The translations under genes were made by a program, and so were the position numbers. Positions 20,928-31,861 of a stretch of DNA of 64,000 nucleotides are shown in pieces. The stretch covers positions 1-64,000 of the forward strand of contig CAVVUS010000030.1 in assembly GCA_963751345.1 (NCBI GenBank). The letters run 5' to 3'. The notes beneath the pieces are model-generated. The model had not been told where the DNA came from, made no database searches, and saw only the letters and a list, made by a program, of their open reading frames with translations. The DNA comes from an uncultured Chloroflexia bacterium. GTDB taxonomy: Bacteria; Chloroflexota; Anaerolineae; B4-G1; SLSP01. Position 1 is the first letter of the stretch; the number at the start of each line of letters is the position of its first letter.

Positions 20928-23066
20928 ATGGACCAAGAACGCATCGTTGCAGCCGTCGCAGCCGATCTGGAGATCTCCCTGGCGCGGGTACAGCCCGCCG
21001 TCCGGCTGCTGGATGGAGGAAACACAATCCCCTTCATCGCTCGCTACCGGAAAGAGATCACCGGATCGTTGGATGAGGAACAACTCCGCGGCGTGGCCGA
21101 TCGGCTGGGATACCGGCGGAACATGGAGGAACGGCGTGAGACGATCCTCCACAGCCTGGTGGAACAGGAGGTGCTCACCCCCGAACTCGAGACCCAGATC
21201 GTAACGGCGGACACCCTGCAGCGCCTGGAGGACCTCTACCGGCCCTTCCGCCCCAAGCGCCAGACGCGAGCGACGCTCGCCCGCGACAAGGGGCTGCAGC
21301 CGCTGGCGGACCTGATCCTAGCCCAGCCGCTGGATGGAAGTCGGGCGGAGTTGGTGAAGCCCTTTGTCGGCAAGGGTGTCGGCTCTCTTGACGAAGCCTA
21401 CCAGGGGGCGCGTGACATCGTAGCCGAGACCATCGCGGATGATGCCGAGGTCCGGGCGGGGATGCGACGCCTCACCCAACGGCATGGGGTCCTCTCCATT
21501 GCCGAAGCAGATCGCAGCAAGGACCCCAAGGGCATCTACCAACTCTACTACGATTTCTCCGGCGACTTGCGCGGCTTGCGCCCGCACCAGATCCTGGCCT
21601 TCAACCGCGGCGAACGTGAAGGCGTGCTGCGGATCACCCTGGAGGTGCCCGAATCAGAGGGGCTGGGGATCCTGGCGTTGCGCTACCCGGCAGATGCGGG
21701 TAGTTCGCTGGCCGAAGACCTGCTCGAAGCGCGCAAAGACAGCTATGCCCGGTTGCTCTTTCCGTCGATTGAGCGCGAGGTCCGCCGGGACCTGACGGAC
21801 GTGGCAGACGAGCACGCCATCGGCGTCTTTGCGACAAATCTGCGATCGCTGTTGCTGCAGCCGCCTATGCGAGGCCAGACCGTGCTGGGCATCGATCCGG
21901 GATTCAGGACCGGATGCAAGGTAGCCGTGGTCGATCCCACGGGTAAAGTCCTTGACACCCGCACCATCTATCCCGAGCGCGACCGCGCCCAGGCCAAAGA
22001 CACCCTTCGACACCTCGTCAGGCGGGACGCCGTCACCGTTATCGCCATCGGCAACGGCACGGCGAGCCGGGAGACGGAGGCCTTAGTCGCCGAACTTATC
22101 GGCGAGAACATTGACGCCAGATACACGATCGTGAGTGAGGCGGGTGCGTCGGTCTACTCGGCCTCGCGGCTTGCACGAGCAGAGCTCCCCGACCTGGATG
22201 TCTCCATCCGCGGCGCGGTGTCCATCGCGCGCCGGCTGCAGGATCCCCTGGCTGAGCTGGTGAAGATCGAGCCGAAGGCCATCGGCGTGGGGCTATACCA
22301 GCACGACGTCGATCAGAAAGCGCTCGCAGAGGCCCTGGACGTGGTCGTCGAGTCGACGGTCAACACCGTCGGAGCAGACCTGAACACGGCTTCGCCGGCG
22401 CTGCTGCGCCACATCTCCGGCATCGGCCCAAAGGCGGCGGAAGGGATCGTGGCCTTTCGGAATGCTAACGGGGCCTTCCCCACACGCGAGGCCCTGACCA
22501 ACGTGTCGGGTATCGGGCCCAAGACGTTCGAGCAGGCCGCGGGCTTCTTACGCCTGCCGGCAAGCCAGGTCGCGCTGGACAACACGCCGATCCACCCTGA
22601 GAGTTATGACGTGGCTTATGCCCTTCTGGACCTCATTGGCCTGCCGCTGGGGCACCCCGATCTGCCCGAAACCATCCGGCAGCTTCGGCGCGAGATGGAT
22701 CTGGATGGCCTGGCTCGCGATCTCCAAACCGGGCGGCCCACCCTCGATGACATCCTTGAGGCACTGATCCGGCCCGGACGCGATCCGCGAGATGACCTGG
22801 AAGGGCCGGTCCTGCGCAGTGACGTGCTCTCGATGGAGGATCTTCATGCCGGGATGCAGCTAAAGGGCACGATCCGCAATGTCGTGGACTTCGGCGCCTT
22901 CGTCGACATCGGCGTCAAGCGCAACGGCCTGATCCATGTCAGCCAGATGGGCAATGAGTACGTCCGCAACCCACACGACAAAGTGGCCGTGGGTGACGTC
23001 GTCGAAGTCGAGGTGCTCAATGTGGACGTTGAGCGCGGCAGGATCGGGTTGGCGCTGATCGACTGA
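20928..23066 (+). CDS. tex: Tex family RNA-binding transcriptional accessory protein
   Basis: TIPFIARYRKE, GIDPGFRTGCK, EAGASVYSAS, GVGLYQHDV, C-terminal S1 domain. Confidence 0.95.
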   Translation: MDQERIVAAVAADLEISLARVQPAVRLLDGGNTIPFIARYRKEITGSLDEEQLRGVADRLGYRRNMEERRETILHSLVEQEVLTPELETQIVTADTLQRLEDLYRPFRPKRQTRATLARDKGLQPLADLILAQPLDGSRAELVKPFVGKGVGSLDEAYQGARDIVAETIADDAEVRAGMRRLTQRHGVLSIAEADRSKDPKGIYQLYYDFSGDLRGLRPHQILAFNRGEREGVLRITLEVPESEGLGILALRYPADAGSSLAEDLLEARKDSYARLLFPSIEREVRRDLTDVADEHAIGVFATNLRSLLLQPPMRGQTVLGIDPGFRTGCKVAVVDPTGKVLDTRTIYPERDRAQAKDTLRHLVRRDAVTVIAIGNGTASRETEALVAELIGENIDARYTIVSEAGASVYSASRLARAELPDLDVSIRGAVSIARRLQDPLAELVKIEPKAIGVGLYQHDVDQKALAEALDVVVESTVNTVGADLNTASPALLRHISGIGPKAAEGIVAFRNANGAFPTREALTNVSGIGPKTFEQAAGFLRLPASQVALDNTPIHPESYDVAYALLDLIGLPLGHPDLPETIRQLRREMDLDGLARDLQTGRPTLDDILEALIRPGRDPRDDLEGPVLRSDVLSMEDLHAGMQLKGTIRNVVDFGAFVDIGVKRNGLIHVSQMGNEYVRNPHDKVAVGDVVEVEVLNVDVERGRIGLALID

Positions 23067-23168
23067 TAGCGGGAGTGACACAACCCTATGACGGTTCGGA
23101 CCCAAGCCTCGCGCCGCAAGGTTGGGCACTCGGCGTATACCACCCCGATGCAATAAAATTAGCGCCTA

Positions 23169-23197
23169 TTGACTGTATCGCTAGTTTGATCTACAAT
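23169..23197 (+). promoter_or_regulatory. Sigma70 promoter of the PAS kinase gene
   Basis: TTGACT-N17-TACAAT. Confidence 0.7.
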
Positions 23198-23250
23198 GGA
23201 TCATGGTGCAGCTTTTATCTCATGTAGCATGACCAGACGCACGGTGATCC

Positions 23251-24378
23251 ATGCACGAGGACCTTGAGGAACTCGCAGGGCTTCTACAACTAGAGAAACG
23301 TCGGTTCGCGGCTCTGGCAGAACACAGCCGCGATGGCATCATCGTGCTGGACAGCGACGCGCAGGTAGTGACGATCAACCCCACGGCCCTACACCACCTC
23401 GACCTCGTGGATCATCCCGACAACTGGATCGGGCACCCCTTCCTCGACGTCGTACGAGAGGTTCGCGACCGCATTCCCGAAGTAGCGACCCAGACTTTGG
23501 GGGAACTCCGTCGCGTTCTATATGGAGACGTTCAGCCCAGCGAGGGTGAGTACCGCATCGGACCGCGGAGCATCCATTGGCTCAGCCTCCCGGTTCAGAT
23601 TAGCGGCCTTCAGGTGGGACAACTCGTGATCCTGAGCGACGTGACCGAGGCGAGACAGCTCAAGGCACTACGAGCGGATCTCACCCAACTGATGGTGAAC
23701 GATCTGAAAGGACCCCTCGGCGACCTCGCGACATCTCTTCAGACGCTCGACCGGGCAATTGGGGGGCAAGTGCAGCAGGATCAGCGTCAAGTCCTGCAAC
23801 ACTCTGTCGACTGCGTGCAGGACTTGCTTTCGAGCATCACGGTGTTCATTGAGATCAGCGCGTTGGAGAGTGGGCGGATGCCGCTCAGTCCCAGTGCATT
23901 CTCGTTTCCGGAGTTGGTCGACCACGTGCTGGAGATCGAGCAGCCGCTCGCGGAACGGCGCCAGTTGCAGTTGGAGCGCCACATGTCTCACAGTCTGCCG
24001 CTTACGTGGGGCGACCGCAACTTGATTCTGCGCGTACTCCAGAACCTTGTCTCGAACGCGGTACGATTTACCCCTCCGGGCGGCAAAGTCGACATCGAGG
24101 CCGGTCCGAAGCCACGCGACATAGACAAGATCCAGGTCTCCGTCACCGACACGGGCTGCGGGATTCCCTACGCACTCACCGACCGGCTCTTCGAGAAGTT
24201 CGCGGCAGGGGGCCATGAGAGTGCCGGATCCGGGTTAGGTCTGGCCTTCTGCCGGCTGGTTCTCGAGGCTCACGGCGAGAGAATCTGGATCTCCCGTTCC
24301 TCCACCGCAGGGACCACGATCACCTTCACCCTGCCGCAGCTTGCCGATCCCCTCAGCAGCATCTATCCGGTTCAATAA
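23251..24378 (+). CDS. Cytoplasmic PAS-domain sensor histidine kinase-like protein (H-box His replaced by Asn)
   Basis: PAS (DGIIVLD...IN); H-box MVNDLKGPL; N box NLVSNAVRFT; G1 DTGCGI; G2 GSGLGL. Confidence 0.88.
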   Translation: MHEDLEELAGLLQLEKRRFAALAEHSRDGIIVLDSDAQVVTINPTALHHLDLVDHPDNWIGHPFLDVVREVRDRIPEVATQTLGELRRVLYGDVQPSEGEYRIGPRSIHWLSLPVQISGLQVGQLVILSDVTEARQLKALRADLTQLMVNDLKGPLGDLATSLQTLDRAIGGQVQQDQRQVLQHSVDCVQDLLSSITVFIEISALESGRMPLSPSAFSFPELVDHVLEIEQPLAERRQLQLERHMSHSLPLTWGDRNLILRVLQNLVSNAVRFTPPGGKVDIEAGPKPRDIDKIQVSVTDTGCGIPYALTDRLFEKFAAGGHESAGSGLGLAFCRLVLEAHGERIWISRSSTAGTTITFTLPQLADPLSSIYPVQ

Positions 24379-24444
24379 CCCCGGCTGCACCCCACCGCCA
24401 TCGCCCCGTGGCAGAGCGAGGCGTTTCGTGCTACACTCCTTGCC

Positions 24445-25497
24445 ATGAGCATACTCAAGTTGCCCCGGCGACTGCAGGACGTCCAGACCCTCTTGCGGTC
24501 GCTGGACTGGCACGCCATCGAACAAGAGGTCGCGCAGGAGACCGCGTCGCGGCTCGTCATCGTTGGCCCCGTCAACAGCGGAAAGTCCACACTCTTCAAC
24601 CGGCTCCACGGGCGACAGCTCTCCGCGACGAGCGCTGTCCCCGGGACGACGACCGGTATTGTGGAACACCCGCTGGGTCCGTTTCTGTTGGTGGATACGC
24701 CCGGCTTCGGCGAGGTGTGGGGCATCGACAGAGCTTCCGTGGCCGAGGAGGCCGCCTCCCACGCGGATCTCGCGCTCCTGCTCCTCGATGCGGGCGCGGG
24801 GGTGCGACAGACTGACCTCGACCTCTATCAGAAGCTCCTGGGAATGAAGATTCCCGTCATTATCGCGCTCAACAAGATCGACCTGATCCAGAAGGAACTG
24901 CCCTACGTGCTGGAGAGTGCGGAGCGACTCCTGGATGCCCGCCCGGTGCCCATCTCCGCCCAGACGGGCAGCGGGATCGTGGACAAACTAATCCCCGCGA
25001 TTCTGTCTGCCGAACCCGGCGTAGCCGTCGCCATGGCCAGGGCGCTGCCTGCGGTTCGCATCCATATCGTCAACCGCATCATCCGGCGATCTGCAGGGAC
25101 GAGCGCCCTGATCTCTCTCGAGCCCATTCCCGGCCTCGATATACCTCTGCTGTTGATCTCGCAGACGCGTCTGGTCCTGCGCATCGCCGCAGTCTACGGT
25201 CAGTCGATGTCGGCTTCTCATGCAAGAGAACTGCTCACAACGATGGCAGGGAGCCTGCTCTCGCGCTACCTGGGCCTGGAATTGGCAAAGGTGGTGCCCG
25301 GCCCCGGCTGGCTTATCTCGGCGACGCTCTCGGCAATGGCCACGTGGGGCATCGGCCAGGCTGCGAGGCGCTATTTCGAGGCGGGGGGCCAGATCAAAGC
25401 GCCCGACTTGCAGGCCTTGTACAAACGGATGCGGCGGCTCGCACCGGATCGTCTGTTCGCATCGAAACGACGAAAAGCATCCACAACCGAGGATTGA
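24445..25497 (+). CDS. Era-like/YcjF-family GTPase with C-terminal DUF697-like domain
   Basis: G1 GPVNSGKS, G2 PGTT, G3 DTPG, G4 NKID, G5 ISA; EPIPGLDIPLL; TGCTACACT 7 bp upstream (leaderless). Confidence 0.85.
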   Translation: MSILKLPRRLQDVQTLLRSLDWHAIEQEVAQETASRLVIVGPVNSGKSTLFNRLHGRQLSATSAVPGTTTGIVEHPLGPFLLVDTPGFGEVWGIDRASVAEEAASHADLALLLLDAGAGVRQTDLDLYQKLLGMKIPVIIALNKIDLIQKELPYVLESAERLLDARPVPISAQTGSGIVDKLIPAILSAEPGVAVAMARALPAVRIHIVNRIIRRSAGTSALISLEPIPGLDIPLLLISQTRLVLRIAAVYGQSMSASHARELLTTMAGSLLSRYLGLELAKVVPGPGWLISATLSAMATWGIGQAARRYFEAGGQIKAPDLQALYKRMRRLAPDRLFASKRRKASTTED

Positions 25498-25557
25498 GCG
25501 AAGACCCAGCCTTAGCCTGAGGCCGCGTCGGAAAGATTCGGGGGGCTGAGACGCCAG

Positions 25558-26259
25558 GTGAACGAGAAAGCTACAGACTCGGCAGCCCGTGAACGCGTGC
25601 GCCGGGAAGCGGAGGCCAGGGCTCGAGCCCAGGCGCGTGAGGAGGCGCGAGCCGAGGCCTGGTCGCAGACCCGCGCCCGGATTCGCGTCGCGGTTGCCGG
25701 CACCGTCCTGGTGAGCTTGTTGGTCGGCATCCTGATCGGAGCCTACGGCTTCCGACCTCACGTGGGCCGCGACGGGCAGGACATCCTCCCACCTGTAGCG
25801 TGGGACAGGTCTGGAGGGGCTGACGTGGCCCTCACGCCGTGGCCAATCCGCGTTTATGTAAGCGGCGCCGTCGCGGAGGCACGGATCGTCGAGCTGCCGC
25901 CGGGCAGCCTGGTTGCCGATGCCCTGGATGCAGTCGGTGGCACCAAGCCAGACGCCGACCCGGAGGCGCTGAACCTCGCGGCGCCCCTCTCGGACAACCA
26001 GCACGTGGTCGTGCCAACGCGCGGGGCCACCACACAGGATGGAGATGCAGCCGCGGCGCCATCGCCCATCGACATCAACACTGCGACGGCGGATGAGTTG
26101 CAGGCCCTGCCCTCCATCGGCGTCACCCGAGCGCAGGACATTGTGACATATCGGGAGGCCAATGGACCCTATCAGCGAATTGACGATATACTCTCGGTGC
26201 CGGGGATCGGCCCGGTTATCTTCGAACGCATTGCCCCGTTCATTACGGTCGAGCCGTGA
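25558..26259 (+). CDS. comEA: ComEA-family DNA receptor (TM, SLBB, helix-hairpin-helix)
   Basis: VYVSGAV, LNLAAPLSD, IDINTATADELQALPSIG, VPGIGP. Confidence 0.9.
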   Translation: MNEKATDSAARERVRREAEARARAQAREEARAEAWSQTRARIRVAVAGTVLVSLLVGILIGAYGFRPHVGRDGQDILPPVAWDRSGGADVALTPWPIRVYVSGAVAEARIVELPPGSLVADALDAVGGTKPDADPEALNLAAPLSDNQHVVVPTRGATTQDGDAAAAPSPIDINTATADELQALPSIGVTRAQDIVTYREANGPYQRIDDILSVPGIGPVIFERIAPFITVEP

Positions 26260-26262
26260 CGA

Positions 26263-28857
26263 ATGGCGGCGACGGTTACCTGGAATGATCCTATGCTTCT
26301 ATCGATTCTGACGTGGTACGTAGCCCTGCAGTCGCTCGCTCTAGCCGGGCTGCCTGTAGCCTTTGCGACGCTGAAACGGCTTCCCTCACGGGGCTATGCA
26401 ACCGCGAAGGCGCTGGGGCTGCTCCTCACGGGCGTCATCTTCTGGTGGGGCGGCATCCTGAGGCTATGGCCCAACACCGGCAGCGCTGCACTGGCAGCCG
26501 GGGGCATCGTCTTGGTCGTGGGCCTGCTGCTGATGCGCGGGCAGTGGGGCGACGTGCGTCCGTGGTGGATAGCTCACCGCCGATACGTGGCCGTGGTCGA
26601 GGTCCTCTTCCTCGCCGCGCTCGTCGGATGGGCGTGGGTTCGATCCACACAGCCCGAACTCCAGACGGCAGGGGGCGAGAAGTGGATGGAGATCGCCTTC
26701 CTGAACGCCAATCTCCGGGCCCCCACGATGCCGCCCCAGGACCCCTGGCTGTCGGGGTTCGCCATCTCCTACTATTACCTTGGCTACCTGCTTCTGGCCC
26801 TGGTCACGCGCCTCACGGGCATTGTCTCGACGATCGCGTTCAACCTGGGCAACGCGGGGTGGTATGCCCTGGTTGCCGTGCAGGCTTACAGCATCGTCTA
26901 TGACATGCTGCCGAGGAAGCACCCTGAGGAAGGAGGGTACGGTGTGCTGCGGCCCCTCCTGGCCCCACTGATGCTGCTGGTCACGGGAAACGGGGAGGGC
27001 CTGCTGGAGGTATTGCACGCCCGCGGACTCCTGCCGGCGGCGTTCTGGCGATGGCTCGACATCGGCGCGCTCAGCGAGGCGCCGCAGCCCCCCTTCAGTT
27101 GGGTGCCGCAGCGCTTCTTCTGGTGGTGGCAGGCCTCTCGGACGCTGCGTGACACCACGCCCTGGGGCGACCCACAGGAGATCATCGACGAGTTCCCCGC
27201 CTTTAGCTTTATCCTGGGCGACATGCACCCGCACCTGCTGGCCCTTCCCTTTGTACTCGTCGCAGTCGCGCTGGCGCTTCACGCGTATCGTGCCGCCATC
27301 AACACGCCGTGGCTCACCACACCGCTCCCTAACGACGAGAGGGCCCGGGGCTCGCAGAAGCTGCTCCGGAGGTGGGCACCGCATTGGGCGGGGCTGTCCC
27401 CAAGGGAAGTACCCCGCGCCGTTGCGACCAGGCTGGGCGGCTACGCGATCGTGCTCGGCGCGCTGGGATTCCTCAATACGTGGGATTTCCCGATCTACTG
27501 GGCACTGCTGGTGGGGGCCTGGGTGCTGGGCCGCTACGCACAGGTCGAAAAGTCACCGGCGGCCTTCTTCGACACACTGCTCAAGACGATACCTGAAGCC
27601 GCGGTGCTGGGCGTCCTGAGCGTCGTATGTTACCTGCCGTTCTGGATCGCGCTCCGGTCGCAGGCCGGCGGCATCCTGCCCAACCTGTTCAACGCCACGC
27701 GACCCCAGCAATTCGCCGTGATGTTCCTGCCCCTCGGCATACCGGTGACGGGTCTCGTGCTGACCGCCGCTCGGCGGAGGGGAATCCGCTGGTACCAGGC
27801 CGTGGGCCTGGGCGTGGCAGTGATGGTCGGGATCGCGCTCATCGGTCTGCTGGTAGGATCGGTCGCAGCCTATCCCTATCTGATGGTCATCCTGCGCGGC
27901 GAATCGGTGCAGGGATATGCCCTGCCGCCGGAGACGGCGATGGCCGCGTTGTGGCGCCGCCTGGCGGATCCATGGACCGGCCTGCTGCTCGCGACCGGCG
28001 TCGGCGCGGTGCTGCTCGCGCTGATCCGGGCCAACCGGAATCGGCATTCCGGACAGGAGGCCGGGGAAAGCGAGGTGGCGATTTCCCCGGAGCCCCTTCC
28101 CCTGTCCGATACGTTCCCTTTGCTTCTCGCGATCCTCGGGCTTCTGCTGACGCTGGCGCCGGAGTTCGTCTATCTCAAAGACGTGTTCATGACGCGGATG
28201 AACACGATTTTCAAGTTCTACTTCCAGGCGTGGGTCCTGTGGAGCCTGGCCGGGGCGTGGCAAATCGCCCGATGGCTGGGGCCAACGAGGCGTGCCGGGG
28301 CGCGGCCCGTCTGGCGATGGATTGGGGTCACGACATCCGCAGTGTTGATCGCCGTCGGGCTGGTCTACACCGTCCTCGCCATCCCCGAACGGGGCCGGGA
28401 GCAAGGGCTGCCCGGGACGCTGGACGGCGCGGCGTGGCTGCAGACAACGCATCCCGAGGACAGTGAGGCCATCGCGTGGCTCAATGCGAACGTTGAGGGA
28501 ACGCCAGTCATCGTCGAAGCACCGGGAGACCAACACCGCGCCTACATCTACGAGGGCCGGGTCTCGGCGCTGACGGGGCTCCCCACGATCCTGGGGTGGA
28601 GTGGGCACGAGCTGCAGTGGCGTGGCAACTATGACGAGCCCGCGCGGCGTGAGGCGGATCTCGAGCTGTTGTTCGCCTCCCAGAACCCCGACGTGGTGCG
28701 GGCCATCCTGAGCCGCTACGATGTCCGCTACATCTACATCGGTCCAACCGAGCGCCAACGCTACCCTGCCGAAGAGCTGGCGAAATTCGGTGACATGTTC
28801 CCCGCAGTCTACGATCAAGACGGCGTCGTCATCTACTTCGTAAGTGAGAACGTTTGA
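26263..28857 (+). CDS. DUF2298 (YYY) polytopic membrane protein, putative GT-C glycosyltransferase
   Basis: GEKWME, DPWLSGFAISYYYLG, EFPAFSFILGDMHPH, NTWDFP, RMNTIFKFY. Confidence 0.88.
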   Translation: MAATVTWNDPMLLSILTWYVALQSLALAGLPVAFATLKRLPSRGYATAKALGLLLTGVIFWWGGILRLWPNTGSAALAAGGIVLVVGLLLMRGQWGDVRPWWIAHRRYVAVVEVLFLAALVGWAWVRSTQPELQTAGGEKWMEIAFLNANLRAPTMPPQDPWLSGFAISYYYLGYLLLALVTRLTGIVSTIAFNLGNAGWYALVAVQAYSIVYDMLPRKHPEEGGYGVLRPLLAPLMLLVTGNGEGLLEVLHARGLLPAAFWRWLDIGALSEAPQPPFSWVPQRFFWWWQASRTLRDTTPWGDPQEIIDEFPAFSFILGDMHPHLLALPFVLVAVALALHAYRAAINTPWLTTPLPNDERARGSQKLLRRWAPHWAGLSPREVPRAVATRLGGYAIVLGALGFLNTWDFPIYWALLVGAWVLGRYAQVEKSPAAFFDTLLKTIPEAAVLGVLSVVCYLPFWIALRSQAGGILPNLFNATRPQQFAVMFLPLGIPVTGLVLTAARRRGIRWYQAVGLGVAVMVGIALIGLLVGSVAAYPYLMVILRGESVQGYALPPETAMAALWRRLADPWTGLLLATGVGAVLLALIRANRNRHSGQEAGESEVAISPEPLPLSDTFPLLLAILGLLLTLAPEFVYLKDVFMTRMNTIFKFYFQAWVLWSLAGAWQIARWLGPTRRAGARPVWRWIGVTTSAVLIAVGLVYTVLAIPERGREQGLPGTLDGAAWLQTTHPEDSEAIAWLNANVEGTPVIVEAPGDQHRAYIYEGRVSALTGLPTILGWSGHELQWRGNYDEPARREADLELLFASQNPDVVRAILSRYDVRYIYIGPTERQRYPAEELAKFGDMFPAVYDQDGVVIYFVSENV

Positions 28858-28911
28858 TCTTGTAAGCACTTTTGGTACTATTGAAGGCCATGAGGGAAGG
28901 AGTGTGGCCTG

Positions 28912-30642
28912 ATGAATGACGCCAAGAAAGACTTCGACGATACCACAAGCCTGAGCGACGAGGAGCTCGACGCGCTGGCAACGGACTTTATCCGTACCGC
29001 CGTCGTGGAGGACATCCGATCCGGACGCTTTGACCGGCGGGTGCACACGCGGTTTCCGCCCGAGCCCAATGGGTACTTGCATATCGGGCATGCAAAAGCG
29101 TTGGCCATCGACGCCGGGGTCGCAAGAGACTTCGGGGGCAAGTTCAACCTGCGCTTCGACGACACCAATCCGGTGAAAGAGGAGGAGGAGTACGTCGACG
29201 GCATCGTGAACGACGTGAGGTGGCTGGGGTGGGACTTCGGCGACCAGGTGCTCTTTGCCTCTGACTACTTCGAGCAGATGTACGAATGGGCCGAGCAGCT
29301 CATCCTCCAAGGGCAAGCCTACGTCGATGACCTGAGCCCTGACGAGATCCGCGCCTATCGTGGCACGTTGACCGAGCCGGGCGAGGATAGCCCCTATCGA
29401 GATCGATCCGTCGAAGAGAACCTTGACCTTTTCCGCCGCATGCGCGCCGGCGAGTTTCCGGAGGAGTCCCGCGTCCTACGGGCCAAGATCGACATGGCCT
29501 CACCCAACCTGAACCTGCGCGATCCGGTCATGTATCGGATCCTGCACGAGGCTCATCATCGACAGGGCGAGGCTTGGTGCATCTACCCCATGTATGACTG
29601 GGCGCACGGACTCGAGGATTCTATCGAGGGTGTCACCCACTCGCTCTGCGACCTCGGCTACCGCGACCACAGACCGCTCTACGATTGGTTCCTGGATCAA
29701 CTCGGCATCTACCACCCACAGCAACTCGAGTTCGCCCGGCTCTACATGACGTACACGGTGCTGAGCAAGCGCAAGCTGCTCCAGCTCGTTCAGGGCGGCC
29801 ACGTCCGGGGGTGGGACGATCCCCGCATGCCGACCCTCGCCGGCATGCGACGCCGAGGCTACACGCCTGAGGCCATCAGCGACTTCTGCGACCGCATCGG
29901 CGTCTCCACCTCAAACAGCGTCGTCGACGTAGCGCTCCTGGAGCACTGCGTCCGCGAGGACCTCAACGAGCGGACGCCACGCGTGATGGCGGTTCTCGAT
30001 CCCCTCAAGGTGGTGATTGACAACTATCCGGAGGGCCAGGTCGAGTGGATGGAGGCCGAAAACCACCCGCAGCATCCGGAGATGGGTGTGCGCCAGATTC
30101 CCTTCTCGCGAGAACTCTATATCGAGCGCGACGACTTCGCGGAGAATCCCCCGCGCAAGTACTACCGTCTCGCACCGGGGCGTGAGGTGCGGCTGAAGAA
30201 TGGCTATCTGGTCACCTACAAGGATGTCGTCAAGGACGGCGCCGGCAACGTTCTCGAAGTGCACTGCACGTATGATCCTGAAACCCGTGGTGGGGAGGCG
30301 CCCGACGGTCGGAAGGTGCGCGGCACGATTCATTGGGTCTCTGTGGCCCATGCGCTCGACGCAGAGGTCAGGCTCTACGATCGCCTCTTCCAGGACGAGA
30401 ACCCCGAGGATGCTGAGGAGGGAGAGAGCTTCCTCGATAATCTGAACCCGAACTCGCTCGAAGTGCTTACCGCATGCAAGGTCGAGTCCACACTGGCGGA
30501 GGCGAAGCCGGGAGATCGCTATCAGTTCATGCGAATCGGCTATTTCTGCGCCGATCGCGACTCGGCCAGGGGCCGGCTGACCTTCAACCGCACCATCGCG
30601 CTCCGCGACACGTGGGCGAAGATCCAGGCGCAAGGCAGATAA
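28912..30642 (+). CDS. glnS: Glutamine--tRNA ligase
   Basis: [47 protein letters not shown]. Confidence 0.96.
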   Translation: MNDAKKDFDDTTSLSDEELDALATDFIRTAVVEDIRSGRFDRRVHTRFPPEPNGYLHIGHAKALAIDAGVARDFGGKFNLRFDDTNPVKEEEEYVDGIVNDVRWLGWDFGDQVLFASDYFEQMYEWAEQLILQGQAYVDDLSPDEIRAYRGTLTEPGEDSPYRDRSVEENLDLFRRMRAGEFPEESRVLRAKIDMASPNLNLRDPVMYRILHEAHHRQGEAWCIYPMYDWAHGLEDSIEGVTHSLCDLGYRDHRPLYDWFLDQLGIYHPQQLEFARLYMTYTVLSKRKLLQLVQGGHVRGWDDPRMPTLAGMRRRGYTPEAISDFCDRIGVSTSNSVVDVALLEHCVREDLNERTPRVMAVLDPLKVVIDNYPEGQVEWMEAENHPQHPEMGVRQIPFSRELYIERDDFAENPPRKYYRLAPGREVRLKNGYLVTYKDVVKDGAGNVLEVHCTYDPETRGGEAPDGRKVRGTIHWVSVAHALDAEVRLYDRLFQDENPEDAEEGESFLDNLNPNSLEVLTACKVESTLAEAKPGDRYQFMRIGYFCADRDSARGRLTFNRTIALRDTWAKIQAQGR

Positions 30643-30716
30643 AAACGTTTGAACGTTTCCACGTTGGCACGTTTGAACGTTCAAACGTGCCAACGTGGAA
30701 ACCTGCAGACGTGCAA
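30643..30716. repeat. 8-bp ACGT-core tandem repeats containing a perfect 48-bp palindrome (30655-30702)
   Basis: gtttccacgttggcacgtttgaac followed by gttcaaacgtgccaacgtggaaac. Confidence 0.92.
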
Positions 30717-30742
30717 GCGCGGCTTCTACTGGAGGATCCACC

Positions 30743-31849
30743 TTGACCGACATTGAGACCATCGCAGCCCAATTCGAACCTGTCACAACGGCAGGCGTCG
30801 CGCGCGTCGAGCCCTTTGGCTCGGGGAACATCAATGACACGTATTTGGTCCATGTCTCCGCAGACAGCGACACCAGGTTCATCCTCCAAAGGATCAACCA
30901 GAATGTCTTTCCCTATCCCAAGCTCATCATGGCCAACATGCGTGCGCTGACCCAGCACGTCGCCAGGCACTCCGGCGCATCCACGGCCACAAGATGGGAG
31001 CTTCCCGCCGTCGTGTCGACCCACAGCGGGGAGGATTATGTGATCGACGATAAGGACGGGTTTTGGCGGGCCATCACGTTCATCGAGGGTGCGCGGACAT
31101 ACCCGAAGGTCAAGGATGCCCGGCACGCCGGAGAGGCCGGCTTTGCCCTGGGAACCTTCCAGCGGCAGATCAGCGACCTCGATGTAAAGACGCTGCACGA
31201 CACGCTGCCGGGCTTTCACCTCGTACCGCACTACTTGCGCCAGTACGCCGAGGGACTGCAGGCCTTCTCCGGCAATCGTGACGCTCCTGCCATTCGCTAT
31301 GGCACGAAGGCTATCGCCGACCGCCGCGCATGGGCGACGGTGCTCCAAGATGCCGACGCTGCGGGACGTCTTCGCGAGCGCCCCATCCACGGCGATCCCA
31401 AGATCGACAATATCATGATCGACGATGAGACCGGATGTGCTGTGAGCATCATTGATCTCGATACGGTAAAGCCCGGCCTCGTCCAATATGACATCGGGGA
31501 TTGTCTGCGCTCCAGCTGCAACCCCCTCGGCGAGGAGACACTGGAGATCGATCAGGTGAGATTCGAGCCGGATCTGTGTGAGAGCATCCTGAAGGGGTAT
31601 CTCCCGGAGGTCAAGGAGTTCTACAGCCCCGAGGATTACGCCTATCTCTTCGATTCGGTACGGGTGCTGGCCTTTGAGATGGCCCTGCGCTTCTTCACCG
31701 ACTATCTGAAGGGCGACGTCTATTTCAAGACCCGCTACCCCGAACACAACCTGAACCGCGCGCTGGTGCAGTTCCATCTCATGGAGAGTATCGAGGCGCA
31801 GGAGCGGCAGATCCGGGAGATGATTCGCTCACTCTCGGGGGCCGCCTAG
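30743..31849 (+). CDS. Aminoglycoside-phosphotransferase-fold kinase (N-acetylhexosamine 1-kinase-like)
   Basis: GSGNINDTY, ILQRIN, HGDPKIDN, IDLDTV, RFFTDYLKGDVYF; TTG start after ggagg. Confidence 0.85.
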   Translation: MTDIETIAAQFEPVTTAGVARVEPFGSGNINDTYLVHVSADSDTRFILQRINQNVFPYPKLIMANMRALTQHVARHSGASTATRWELPAVVSTHSGEDYVIDDKDGFWRAITFIEGARTYPKVKDARHAGEAGFALGTFQRQISDLDVKTLHDTLPGFHLVPHYLRQYAEGLQAFSGNRDAPAIRYGTKAIADRRAWATVLQDADAAGRLRERPIHGDPKIDNIMIDDETGCAVSIIDLDTVKPGLVQYDIGDCLRSSCNPLGEETLEIDQVRFEPDLCESILKGYLPEVKEFYSPEDYAYLFDSVRVLAFEMALRFFTDYLKGDVYFKTRYPEHNLNRALVQFHLMESIEAQERQIREMIRSLSGAA

Positions 31850-31861
31850 GCCTTCTCCTCT

